From NCBI GenBank assembly GCA_002633005.1, contig NMRA01000394.1:1-64000 (forward strand): DNA of 64,000 bases, written 5' to 3'. This DNA comes from Phoronis australis. Taxonomy: Eukaryota > Animalia > Phoronida. The notes below the pieces were generated by a model that was not told where the DNA came from, ran no database searches, and saw only the letters and a program-made list of their open reading frames with translations. Positions within the stretch are counted from its first letter, which is position 1; each line of letters opens with the position of its first letter. Below are positions 36,476 to 49,639 of the stretch, one piece after another. Both the position numbers and the translations under genes were made by a program.

Positions 36476-39400
36476 TAGAATTTGCTTAATCTCGAAATCG
36501 CGTTTATGTGAAAGTTGGATTAAATATTTGCTAATTATTGGCCCTGCAATCACCCATTTTTTCCTTTACCGGCACTCCTATGACAGAATTGGGAAAATGT
36601 GTGACTGAAATGATTAACCAAATATTTTTTTGGCAAATAAAATCGCCAGTAGTTGAAAAAACGCTTAAAATTGATTGAAATTCATACTATTTTATTAATA
36701 CATTGGCGTGGCGGCAGTGCGAATGATGGAGTGAAATTGACAAGTGCACGCATACGCTGTCTTGAGATTAATAGCAGAATGTCAAGTTCAAGCGCAGCAC
36801 TATCCATTACTAGCATGGCATTTGGGGTATGCAATTCCGCATCAAGCTATTCATCCCATATTACCAAATCATGAGCCTAATAATTTCCATACATTGCACG
36901 GGAATGGTCATCAAAGTATGCAAAGGACATAGCGCACATTTATTCACGGATGTGCGATGAATTCTGGGATACTTGTATACTGTAATAATGAGGACCGTTA
37001 TATCCGTGGAATCTTATATATTGCAGTCATCCTTGCGCAATTAACGCGAATTCGGTAGTTGCAATTAGCCAATTTGGTACAAACTTGCTACTTTACGACT
37101 CCGGGGAGATCGGATGACAAGTACACGTAGGGGCCACGAAGAAATCCCAACATGTATCTACATATCGATAGCTATGTAAACAGCACAAAAATACCTCTTT
37201 TGCCACAGATCGTGGGGGTTTTGGGTCGAGGGGGTCGTGGATTGAGGGGGTCGAGGGGTGGGGGGGGGGTCAAGCCGGCGGGGTGTTTAGAACAATTTCT
37301 CTTATGTTGAAGTAATCCCATTCCATGATTTCTTGTCTGATTTTCAAGATTTCAAAACTAAGCCACATGTAATTTTCAGTAGAATGCCACCAAAACAATA
37401 CATTTTGTATCAATTTCGATCGACAAGTTTCACTCGATAACAGCAAGTTCACTAAGTTTTTACTAATCACACAATTAGTCAACCTATTTTATTAATACAT
37501 GTACATTTGCATTGCGACAGTGCGAATGGTGGAGTGAAATTGACAAGTGCACGCATACGCTGTCTTGAGATTATTAGCAGAATTTCAAGTTCAAACGCAG
37601 CACTATCCATTACTAGAATAGCATTTGGGGTATGCAATTCCGCATCAAGCTATTCATCCCATATTACGACACCAAATCATTGCAAATGAGCCTAATACTT
37701 TCCATACATTCCACGGGAATAGTCATCAAAGTATGTAAACGACACAGCGCACAATTAGTCATGGATTTGCGATGAATTCTGGGATACTTGCATACTGTAA
37801 TAATGAGGACCGTTATATCCGTGGAATCTTATATATTGCAGTAATTCTTGCGCAGTTAACGAGAATTCAGTAGTTGCAATTAACCAATTTGGTACAAACT
37901 TGCTACTTTACGATTCCGGGGGATCGGTTGACAAGTACACGTAGGGTCCATGAAGAAATCCCAACATGTATCTAGATATCAATAGCTATGTAAAAAGCGC
38001 AAAAATACCTCTTTTGCCACAGATCGTGGGGGTCGTGGGTTGAGGGGGTCGAGGGGTGCGGGGGTCTAGGCGGCGGGGGGTTTAGAACAATTTCTCTTAT
38101 GTTGTAGTAATCATATTCCAGGATTTCTTGTCTGATTTTCAATATTTCAAAACTAAGCCACATGTAATTTTCAGTAGAATGCCACCAAAACAGTGCATTT
38201 TGTAACAATTTCGATCGACTAGTTTCACTCGATAATAGCAAGTTCACTTCTTTTATTTGACACCAGACGGCAAACGGAGGTGCTAAAATTAACCGATGAC
38301 GTCACAGGTTCTAACACAGCCTGCTCACCAGTTCACCAGACGCTTACGTTTTACTCCAATAAATCGTCAAAGTTCGATATAAAACCCTTAAACACATTGA
38401 GTTGTTAAACAAATGAGTTGTTTCACTGTTACGGATAATTATAGAAATTTTGAACTCCTACGTAGCCTGCAAAATTCCGTAGGCTAACTTACCCAGCTCG
38501 GTCCCGGGAAATTTGGAGTAAGTTCGGTGATAAATTAGAATAATTATTCGCCCGTGAAATACAGACAGAAGAGCGTAGCCGTGAGTTGTAATTTTATGCT
38601 TGCGATTTTTTCAGGTCTGAACACAAAACCTAGTTATAACCCAATGGCTCGGAACCCGATCAGGCCCGACGAGGCCGGACACTTTACGAACATAAACCAG
38701 CCGCGTTAGTCAGCTGCGAAAGTTAAAAACTAAATTCCAGTCCCGAAAACACTAGACTACTGAACCAAAGAAATAATGTGCACGTGAATATTTTGTCGAA
38801 TTTGCCACGAAATTGAAAATTTACTTACACGTCGGGTGCCGGGAAGCCATGTTCCCCTTCCACAGACCCCTACAGGGAAAATGTGTACAATAACAGTGAT
38901 TTGAATAACGTAAATGTCTAAATAAATATTTCCCTAACATCTGACCACAGCACATAAAATCGAGTTATAGTTTCACAACAGCTTTCTGTCAGCAAAACAC
39001 TGTTTTCGCCTGCTCTCACACGGGCGGCTGCCCGGTAAATTAGTTTTATTGCATCTGAAGCCGGTAACGCAAAATGATTTATTCTTTGTTGATTTCTCAA
39101 AACATTTGTATCTAACGATTTATAACTTGAAAAGAGATATCAAAGATAAAAACAACGCTAATTGTGCATTGAGGTTGTAACAGTTCCTGAAAATAGTTAA
39201 ACAGTAACAATATTTGATATTCTAGTTATCGAGGAATCGGTGCTTGAGTTGCAGACGACATAATATTTAGCAAATGAAAACAGAGACGGAAGTGTCATAT
39301 AATTAACAGTTTTGTACCAGGTGTTACGTTTGGGACCTGCTTGCATGTTGACAGTTATTTACACTGCGGCAATTGTATTTCTTTAAACTCTTTTTGGGAA

Positions 39401-39632
39401 GTTTGATGATCGAACTCGCTAACGACGTCCAGTCGACATTGACCTACGTTTTGAACATTCCATTTCAGAGGACAGTGTTGATGTAGTGCGGAAGGAGAAT
39501 ACGAAAAACAATATCACATAGCCGTATTTCATTCGATAGATTCAACGCATACGGGATAAAAGCATCTCTTCAACTTTAGATTGATGACATACAGTGTACG
39601 TTCCACACGACTATTGTAATGTGGGTTGGATT
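36476..39632 (+). repeat. Dispersed direct duplication, copy 2, containing a ~797-bp tandem duplication (36688-37452 and 37485-38247)
   Basis: Both tandem units begin TATTTTATTAATACAT and give paralogous spurious ORFs (ANDGVKLTSARIRCLEI and ANGGVKLTSARIRCLEI). Confidence 0.9.
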
Positions 39633-40285
39633 GCATGTAAATATAACCGCACGTCTACATGAGAACGTATGGGTACAATAACGTCATATACGTATAGATT
39701 ATTACATGTTCTCAGTCGTTATCCCCCGTATTCTAGAGCCCGAGTGGATTTTGGAGATTTACGAGAAATATTGCAGTAAATCGATCTACCAGTTTCTCGA
39801 CTCACCTCGGCTTTGTAACTACTATCGATGTCCGAGGCCTGTTGTCGGAGGTCGGGATCTTTTAGAAAAGCAGAGTTAGTTTTGTCAAATAATGCTTTTA
39901 CTCAAAACCAATTGAAAATCAAACAAAATGGAAAGTGAATCTATAAATTAAGGTTTAGCAACTATTAAGCTTACTACACATTTTATCATGGTAAGCTTCG
40001 ACCGAGAAAATATCGTCTGCTAAAGTAAGTTACCACTAGTAACAGAGTATAATGCTCAAGTTGAAGGATAACGACAACACGATACTCGCATTCAAATTTG
40101 GAGATCGGTGATTTACAAGTGAGAGAAAATGAGAGATAAATTTCACTGAATTAAAATATCGTTTTTATGGAACTTATGCGTCTTATTTTTCATAGCGTGT
40201 AAATGTCGTTACAATGCCCTTTGTTGAACATGCGATTGTTGCGCGTGCTCATTTAAGTATTCTATTTTCACGTTCGATGACGTCA

Positions 40286-40365
40286 GCCGCTGAGTGGTGC
40301 AGTGGTAAAGTTGACGACTTGAAACTCTTGTGGACCGGGTTCGAAACCGGTCTCGATTCCCGCCA
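40286..40365 (+). mobile_element. tRNA-derived SINE head or tRNA pseudogene
   Basis: Pol III A box TGGTGCAGTGG (40295-40305) and B box GGTTCGAAACC (40338-40348) with T-arm CCGG/CCGG. No proper acceptor stem. Confidence 0.6.
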
Positions 40366-43259
40366 AAATGTTACCTCACTAGTGAGATAACTAAATGGGT
40401 TATTACACGGTTGGATTGACCATTCGAGGCTGATATTGTGGTATAAATTTATTTATCAGATTCCACTCTTCATGAGATGCAAGAATTTCGAGGCACAGTA
40501 TTTCAAACATTCATTTCGTGAAAAAAGCTCAAACTAAACATTCTGACACTCAGTAACAATAGTCCATATTTTGCATTTGAAAATGTGTTTAGGTGGAGTT
40601 ATCCCCTGTATGTGATAATAGTCACTACTAATACTCAAACACCGAGTAACTAATTGCTGCATACATACACATATACATGAAGCCCAATTACTTTGTGGGA
40701 CATAATTACTACATGTATTATTATCCCCGGTATCTGCTACTTACCCGTACCGGGAGCCGCAACAATCGTAAAGTATAACACTCAATATCAAATTTTGCCA
40801 ACCAAATATTACTTGACCTAAATTGCATCAATCTGAGGCCAATCAGATAGAATCGAAAAATACACAAAAACAACATTACGTGAGACAAGCAATGAACCCT
40901 AGCTGGAACCAACATTGAAATTACCTTACATGCAATTGCTACATGTCAAATCGCAGAACGTGTGACACAGCCCAAATTACAAAGTCCACACAATTTTCAA
41001 CATAAACATTTATATTGAGAGTACATAAAACAGTGTCTGATTTATTCCTAGCCACAGTTTTGGGGCCGGTTTACATGTCCTGTGGTACATCTATCTGGGC
41101 TCCCATAAAAAGTATGGGTGATTTTCTAAAATGTAACTGAGTTGAACATTAGCAGTGCATTTCTAAATCATAATCGAATTAAATAAACAAACAGGATTAA
41201 ATTATACAGTTGAATTCAATTTTCAAAGTAAGGGTTGATTTTTATTTTAAATGTGCTTTATGTAGTGTTGAATTTATGAAACAGCATTGAATTTCCTAAA
41301 TAGAAGTTTTCAATAATGCTTGCACTTTATGCTGCTCATACTTATGCCCTTGAAGCCTCGCTATTCATACCCATACCAAATGGTACAAAGGTATGCCTCC
41401 ATACACCCCATCTCTTGAACCACTTGTTTTGGTTATTCAATTGAAACTGAAAAATCACCCAGTCACGTTTAATTCCATTTGAATCCTCGGACTTGAAATT
41501 GGTACACATTACTTACTGAAATTGGTACACATTACTTACACTGTATCATTTACAATTACAAACAACCAGGCTATTTAATTGACATTTGCCCAAGGGTAGC
41601 TAAGACCTTAAAGCCTATCTTGTACTGTAACACCTGTAAATTTGGTTCCTGCAGTATGTTAAGAGCACTGCTCTGAGCCCATTAGTGCCATAAATTGCCA
41701 ACTGTAACGAACTGTTTTGTATTGGCTTGTTTTTGTCTACGTCACGGCGGAAATCACCTTTTAATCAAACAGCTGCGAATAACACCCGCACACAATGGTG
41801 TTCTATTCAGACCCCCATTCAATACAACTGTTATCGGCCTATTGTTTGTTTGTGCTGGGATCTCGCGGTGACACAACTTAACACGAAAAGGCGGCTTCAG
41901 TTATCATTTGAGGGGCTTATATTTGCGCGATAGAACTCTCGTTTTCTTATTTTACTATGGCTTTGCTAGGATTATCTGGTCAGCCCAATACATCTAAAAT
42001 AACAAAATTTCATTGAAGTGAGGCTTTAACCACTGTGGAAACACTTTATGGCTTTAGTTGCCTCTTTAGAAATGTTGTAGATGGTTGGACAATGTTGCTA
42101 TAGCTGACGACAGATACCTGTTGCCGGTTGCATGAAAGAATTCGAAATAGGGACTCAACTAAGGTCTCTAAGTGTTTTTGCGTATTTGTGACTTTCTTGA
42201 CTCACAATATTTTTCTACCGTTTCATCTTTATTATGAACTCCTGAGTGTTTGATTAATGACATTTTCTAATAATATTTATTACTAAAAACTGACCGCAGA
42301 GTTCATTGACAATAAACAGGGACTCGGTCCTTAAATTGGGGGTGTTGCATGAAACGATCCCTAATTATTTTCGGAAACATTGACAATTCAGCGTAGTTCA
42401 CTCTCGATTTGTATCAAAGTCAAAAGTTGGGTTAGTAAAGAAACTAAAATAATACAAGAAAGGGTAACCGATGTTTTCACAAGTCCAAAAATACGCAGTA
42501 GATTTAGGGAGCTTGGTTGAGTCCACATTTGGTACTGTTTCATGAACCCGGGCACTGGCCCACTTAATGACGAGATATATCATATCCCATTCCCAACAGT
42601 GCTCTGTTGTGTAAAAGGAAACGGAACCGTAGACAGAGGTAAAAGGGTCATACCTCCACCCAAGGACAAAGATATCTTTTATCCCTAAAATAGAGGACTT
42701 TTCATATTAACGCTCTCTGTATGTATAAATGAGAGTAAGAAAATTACTTACGTTTGCTCCCGACTCAGATTTGATGGACAGAAAGTCACAACTAATGGTC
42801 CATTTATTTAAAAACATTCAGTCTCAACCCCTCCAATTGTCTGATTAGGTTATCTTTTTAATTTTTTTAAGCACATCTTTCACCCATAGATATTCTAACA
42901 GGTTTTCGTTTTTTCATATATACCACTGCATATCAGTGATAATTTGCCCGCATTTTGAAAGTTTTTTTTAAAACGCTGTTTATAGGTTGAAATATCCCGT
43001 CCCCATAACATGGGATCTGTAGGTCCCTGAATGCCTATCCACCAAAGGCGGGATCGCCATCAGGCCATCAGCTCGCAAGATTGCCTAAATTGGTAAATTA
43101 GCAGAATAGCATGGTTTCTGCTACCCTTCAGATTAGCAAGAATAGCGTTGATACAGTCGCAGATTAGCGGCCCAGACATCAGTCTAATAAGCGCCACCTT
43201 ACATGTATGGGGATGCAAGTCATGCACAAAGCGATGTAATGTTTTGACTATACAACTGA

Positions 43260-44230
43260 AGAACAGCTAATATGGATAGTCGCTAGAATCGCAAGAGCAG
43301 CCCGTCAGAATAGCCTGTCTTGATGTAGCTCAAGAAAAGCTGATTAGCTTAATTGTATCTCATTAGTTATGATCAGCGATTCTTCATCATTAGAACACTA
43401 CGGGGCGCTATATACACAGAATAACAGGCTTCCCTTGCGATTCTAGCATTTGCGCATATTAGCATTCATTGGAAGCTTCCAATCATATGTTAACAGCCAG
43501 TCAGCGATTCTTCACCGTTGGAACCACTAGGGATCGCAAACTTACACGGAATAATGGGATAATATGTGGAAGAATTGCAAGTTGAGCCCGTCAGAGTAGT
43601 CTGTCATTCCATGTAAGGGTTGCCGCTAGTGCTATCAAGAAGAAACATTGCTGATTAGCTGCTAATATTCATGCGATTGGGAGCTTTTAATCGATGCTTA
43701 TATGCGGAGTCGCTACAATCGCTAGAGTAGCCCCGTCAAAATAGCTTTTCATTTCCAGTGCTCTAAAGTTGAGGAATCACTGATTAGCCTCTAATATGCG
43801 ATTGAGAGCTATCAATCGATGCTAATATCCAGAATCGCTGCAATTGCAAGTGAAGCCCGTCAGAAGGGCCCTTCATTCCGTATAAGTAGCGTCCCTTAGC
43901 GGTGTAATGATTTGATAAAGCTCAAGAATCGCTGATTAGTTCAATCTCATCTTAGCAGCTATAGACAGCGATTCTCCGTCATTAGAACACTAGGGGCGCC
44001 ACACACACGGAATAATAGGCTAATAACTCAATCGCATCTTTGCAGCTATAAACAGAGATTCTTCACCGTTAGAAAACTTGGGGCGCTACATACATCTCCG
44101 TGTAATAACAGGTTGCCTTTGCGATTCTAGTATTTCTGCATATTAACATCAGTTGAAAGATTTCAATCACATACATCATGTACATGTATTGGCCGCTAAT
44201 CAGCGACCCTTCACCGATAAAACCGCTACA
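43260..44230. repeat. Diverged ~140-bp monomer array with alternating orientation
   Basis: Motifs AGCCCGTCAGAA and AAGAATCGCTGATTAG recur forward, and CAGCGATTCTTCACCGTTAGAA and TTGCGATTCTAGC recur as reverse complements. Confidence 0.8.
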
Positions 44231-44424
44231 CAATGAATTGGTCGGAGCCTTCTGTTATAATATAGGGCCGCGCTCTTTGGCTCCTTCGGGCGGGGCCATC
44301 TCTATTAATATAGGGTTGTCAAAGGACAAAATACGTGGAGACTGTATGAAATCCTTGGCAAATAAAAACACATTTTCATTGCATGGCTGTTTTAGATGGT
44401 TTCATGAATTCGGCATTTCGATAT

Positions 44425-44763
44425 TCATAGTTCATACGATGGAGTGTATGTGAAGATGTATATTGCCATAGCAGCTGTTATAAATAAGAACACGTAAAAA
44501 AACAACTGATCCATTACCATACCAATCAGCTGCCATTCCTCAGAAATTACTGCCTCATCTTCTTTCTTTTTAGACATTGCTTGCAGGTAAGAAACCGTAA
44601 GCATTATTTGTTTTAGGTAATATTCGGCCAATGAAAACTTTCGATCGATGTCTTCGACCTGCATGTCGTTATGTTCATATCTGATATCTTCAATGGGGTC
44701 GGTTATGTGCGTTTCCTTTCCCGAGACCACCGTTAATGTTTTCAGACGCTCAAGTGGATGTAC
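44425..44763 (-). CDS. Nicotinic acetylcholine receptor alpha subunit, exon 8 (MA helix, M4, stop)
   Basis: TTTTTCAG acceptor. EEWQLIGMVMDQLFFYVF is the M4 motif. TGA at 44427-44425. Confidence 0.93.
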   Translation of the reverse strand, partial: VHPLERLKTLTVVSGKETHITDPIEDIRYEHNDMQVEDIDRKFSLAEYYLKQIMLTVSYLQAMSKKKEDEAVISEEWQLIGMVMDQLFFYVFLFITAAMAIYIFTYTPSYEL

Positions 44764-45629
44764 CTGAAAAAACAACGATGCACAATTTTTAATTCGATGT
44801 AAACGTGCTCAAATATAACGAACACGCCTGCTTTCAATTTATTGAACTTTAAAAGGCCTCCAACGCGTAACTTTAGAATACTTCAAGATACGCTAATACC
44901 GATACAGTGTGGTTTTAGCAACACTTGATTTTAAAGCCTATTCTAAACTACGTTTAAGTATGTAAATCAGTAAATTGAGTCAGAGAGCCCCCCAAAAGTG
45001 CAAACAATCAGGCATTTCAAGAAACTAATCATGAGAAGCGCCTCGGAAATGTGTAGAAAGTAATTCCTTCTCACGGCGTACTGTCTCATTTTACTTCCAT
45101 TGTAGATGGTTTGAAATGGGTTCGTTGAACGTACAAAATACATAGTACACAAAACGTACCGAGAGTGGCTTAGATATATAGGTTATCCCACATACATTGG
45201 AATACTACTGCCATATCCTATCGAGAATTCATTTCATCTGGGAATGTCCCAATGAGACCGAAGATTTTTTGGCTGATTTTGTTGGCCGGGGACGCTATTT
45301 AGCTTGACCTATTCATGACCCACACTGAAACTTCAGCGAGGCCCACAAATAGCCGCCTGATCACCATGCGTCGGAATTTTCATCGATAAACCATTTATGT
45401 CTTTAGAGCAGTAAAACTGCCTTATCAGTAACAACGCCTTGCATCAATGTTTTAGGTAACCCAAATGATGGAGCTCAATTAAATTTGGAGTTGCACACAA
45501 GAATTTATTCCACCAGAAGAATGCACACCAACCGCGAAATACGGTTTCTACCGTTGAATACGGCATCTACCGTGGTATACAGATTGGCTCTACTTTCCCG
45601 TATTTCACAGTTGATAACGTGACGTATAC

Positions 45630-45786
45630 CAGTGGCGGATTTAGAGGGGGGCCAAGGGGGCCATGGGCCCCCTAAAATTCTGGCAGTTTCCATTTGGCAG
45701 TTTAGGGGTGCAAATGTCTGACGGGCAAAATCCTGGGTAATACTCTACCCTGGACCCCCTAACTCAAAATCCTGTATCCGCCCCTG
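45630..45786. mobile_element. MITE with 5-bp TSD (hAT5-like), family A
   Basis: CAGTGGCGGAT...ATCCGCCCCTG. TATAC on both flanks. Inverted copy at 49640-49802. Confidence 0.8.
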
Positions 45787-46417
45787 TATACAACATCCAC
45801 ATTTTCACATATATGGGATAAGAAGTAATATCCTTCGGTCTCGGTCGATATGCGAAGTAATGTCGAGTGGGATATTACTTCATCTACGCCAATCGAGGTA
45901 GGTTTTGTATTTATCCCATACGATTCGGATTCCTAAGTTTCTTTCAGTTTTTCGGCCGATTTTTTTAATGCTTCACCCAGACTGTTCACGTGGCGGATCA
46001 CATCCCATATGTATATACTTGCGTGTTAGGTTACAAATTTTCTCTAGTAAAATAAACAGTTTTAAGTGTAACGGTTTCTTACTTGAAAAGAGACAACAAA
46101 GATGAAGACAACGGTAATTAAGCATTTAACTTGTAACATTTCCTGATAATGGTGAAACATCAACAATATTTGATATTGTAGTTATCGAGGAATCTGAGAC
46201 AGAAGTGTCATACAATTAACAGTTTTGTACCAGATGTTATGGTAAGGATCAGATTGCATGTCGAGTGTTATTTATACTGCTCAAACTTGTATTACTTAAA
46301 ACTATATTCGGAAAGTTTAATGATCGAACCCGCTCGAGTCGACATTGACCTACCTTTTTAACTTCCCATGTCAGAGGGCACTCTTGAAGTAGTGCTAATC
46401 TTTTGATGAAAAACAAA

Positions 46418-46789
46418 TGTGATGACCGTAAGGTATCGTATAAGCCAGACGTTGACCTTAGCATTTTCAATCATTATCTCTCAGGAAGGCAAATGTGATC
46501 ACAGTAAGGTATCGTGTAGGCCAGAGGTCGGTCTTAGAATTTTCATTATCTCTCAGGAAGGCAACGTGTGATGACAGTAAGGTATCGTGTAGGCCAGAGG
46601 TCGGTCTTAGAATTTTCATTATCTCTCAGGAAGGCAACGTGTGATCACAGTAAGGTATCGTGTAGGCCAGAGGTCGGTCTTAGAATTTTCATTATCTCTC
46701 AGGAAGGCAAATGTGATCACAGTAAGGTATCGTGTAGGCCAGAGGTCGGTCTTAGAATTTTCATTATCTCTCAGGAAGGCAACGTGCGA
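46418..46789 (+). repeat. 72-73-bp tandem repeat, about 5 copies (intronic minisatellite)
   Basis: ACAGTAAGGTATCG recurs at 46501, 46574, 46647 and 46719, with a diverged first unit. No spacers. Confidence 0.95.
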
Positions 46790-47065
46790 TATTGATTTAA
46801 TGAGAAGGATGTGGTACATGCATGTAACGGTAACCACTACCACTTGAACGTAATGTAATCACAGGACTGGATACTCAAATCTCTACACGTAGCTGCCGGG
46901 TTATTTTTATAATTTGTAATTTAGGAATATGAAGTGTTTCTCGTGCCTGACCCTTTAGTCGTATGATCCGCTCTTGACTGCCATGTTTCAAGTCAATTCT
47001 TTAAAATCAACAATTCTTTTCCCATTCAAATGTACTTATTCCATATGCCCTTATGCATAACTTAC

Positions 47066-47274
47066 TTTTGATTTTTCCCTTCCTTTATGACAAGCTAGTG
47101 TTTGTCTAACCAGATCTTTCTTGCAGGTAATTGTAGCCACCCAATCAAGTGCGATTCTCCTCAGCCAAGGGGGTATTCTTCTACCATGAGACCCGCCGTG
47201 ATGTGTTGCCAAAATAAGCACGGAGAAGACCGTAGATAATGCCACGAGGACGATTGAAGCAGCGAAGAATTTTC
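47066..47274 (-). CDS. nAChR alpha exon 7 (M3 and start of intracellular loop)
   Basis: TTTTAG acceptor. GKFFAASIVLVALSTVFSVLILATHH...IPPWLRRI. GTAAGT donor, phase 1/0. Confidence 0.93.
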
Positions 47275-48221
47275 CTAAAAATATTCATCCATTTATAACG
47301 CAATATAAATGTATACATTTGCGTAAATGAAACAGCACACTCCATAAAGCACCAGAGGGCAATTCTCAACAAGAGCAAAATAAAGCACTCAAATGAGCCA
47401 ATATTTGTCAATAGTTGGAATTATGATTTTCCTATTTTAACGTTCTCAATAGTGACAGACCATTCTCATTGATCATGTCCAGTTAAACATAAAACAGAAT
47501 AAGAACAAAGTTATTGGAATGGTACTTTGAAATTCTTTCTTCGTTATAAAACTGACATTCAAATGAGACGGTTCCACAATGAATACGCGTATCTCATGTT
47601 ATACTCGGCTTGATAATAAAACAAGTCGAAATGTTGTAGTAAACTTGGGAGACGGAATGACACAGAGCTGAACACCCAACAACAGGTGGAAACGACCCAG
47701 TTGAACACTGCCGATATCAACGGCAGAGTTTTCTCTAAACCGACGAATGAAAACATCCGGGGTGTTCTTCTAAAAGACACGACTGGTCTAGGAATTTCAC
47801 CAGTCTAACTTCCCATTTCAGACTGTGGAAACTGCAACATGTCCAGATTCCACAGTATTATCAGAATTGCTTTAACAGGTGATGCATGAAGAGCTAGCTG
47901 TGCCAACAGAACAACGCAATTTCATCACACAAATAGAGGTTAGGCCACTCATTACTTTTCTCAAGAAAATCGGCACGTCATCGTCTGGGCGTTCTTTGTA
48001 TCAATGGAAGACATAAAGACCACGTTTTATACAGCCGTGAAAACAGCTGCTTTATTTGACTAAGCAAGAACAACTAATTCGTTCACATGTGTAGACTCAC
48101 AAACTTTTTTCTCTGGTGTCATGCTGTGGAACAATCTCGAATCTGGTTTCCGTCAAAACAATGTATTAATATTTTCAAGTCAAGGTACTAGGTTAGTATT
48201 TAATAATTCTAAGACCTTTAA

Positions 48222-49503
48222 AGAGTTCCCACCATGAGCCTGTGTCTCAAAAAGGAATTTTATTATTACATCTTAACAGATTTAATAGCCTTTAGTACAC
48301 CTGTTGCTACTAAAAATTTTAAAAATATATTTTTCTGTTACCGAGTTTGTACGCAATGGGTGAAAGACCGCCTCAGCCGTTGTTGTTTTACCAGTGCGAT
48401 ACTGAGGAGTTGTGAAGAAAGTCCGCGTGGAGCCGTCTTTTTCAGACATGAAAAGGTGCGTTTGTGGAAACTGTGGTATCAGCAACTTGACTGTGAACCT
48501 CTTTGTGTTCAAATTTCCTAAATACGTGAAAGTTACACAAAAATGGCATCGGTTTGTCATGGGCGGCGCACCATAGGGGCCTGGGGTAGGGCTATATCCC
48601 CCCACTTTTTCAGGGCTAAGCCGCCCATGGTCTATAGGCGGTGCAACACAGGAGGGCTGGGGGGGGGGGTTTAGCCCCCACTTTTTCAGTGCTGCGCCAC
48701 CCATGATTGTGCGCCGAACAAGAGTGTGGAGTGTCAGTGTGGAACATGAGATTCAGTTTGGCGTAAGCCACACTTTGATCGGCACATTTCAAAGAATCGT
48801 GTTTCGACCACACACATAAGCGGCGTTACAATGAAGGACTCACCACCAAGTAAATTTTGTAAATCACGAACAAACTGCTTCCATTCTAGGGCGAGTGATG
48901 CCAGGCCCTGGACCCCGGCCGAGATCGAGTGCTACTACAAGTAGGCTTATGCATATTGTGTTTAGACTGTGTTCATTCCATCACGGCAATAGTGAATACA
49001 AGTAACCCAGGTTGGCTGTGGCCTTTGCCAGTAATTATTAAGTGTCTATTTTGTGAGTAGTGACCACCACTTGGTAGAGTTGGTTGTGGCTCACATATGT
49101 CATTTTTCGTGCAAGTGGGTCGAGTTCATACGGCCTGAAACCCGACGAAAGTTCGCTAAATGGGAAATCGAATTTATTGTCTGATTCTTCAAGTACTTGA
49201 GTATAAGTGCCCGTATCCACTCTCCTCTCTGTCTGCATAATAATTGTCTAATTCTCGCCTAATATTGTCATTGTCTTCTGACCTGCAGTGTTTCGACATT
49301 GCAGATGATTGTCAAGCGGCCAACCGTCTTCCACCCATTGCATCATTTGGCGGGAAACTTAGAAATAAGTAATTTTACTTCAAAATTAAAAAAGTTGCCA
49401 CTATTTGGCATAAAAAGTGCCTATTTAGCAAGATTTTAGGATATTCGATTCATATTAGCTAACTGAAACCTGAAAAAGTAAGAAAATGCATAGTGGGAAC
49501 TCT
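48222..49503. mobile_element. Non-autonomous Kolobok-type element with TTAA TSD
   Basis: TTAA|AGAGTTCCCACCATG...CATAGTGGGAACTCT|TTAA. Purine-purine terminus. Carries a nested family-B MITE. Confidence 0.8.
48558..48705. mobile_element. Family B MITE, inverted copy nested in the Kolobok-type element
   Basis: CATGGGCGGCGCA...TGCGCCACCCATG. Flanks TTTGT and ATTGT (4 of 5 match). Confidence 0.75.
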
Positions 49504-49639
49504 TTAACTGTTTACATATACTATTCTTTTACCCATTTGGGTCAAGATTCTCTTTAACGCTTTACCTGTCCAAGTTCAATCTTCTAGTCAACTATTTCTA
49601 ACTTGATTTTTAACATTACTTTAAAACTACTTCTGCTGC

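Noticed and set aside
40286-40365. Functional tRNA
   Set aside because: A and B boxes are present, but the acceptor and anticodon stems do not pair. The B-box-only fragment at ~61320-61345 was rejected for the same reason.
46418-46789. CRISPR-like or hammerhead array
   Set aside because: The units are contiguous and near-identical with no spacers. The minus-strand CTGAGAG...GAAA does not match the CUGANGA core. It is a plain minisatellite.
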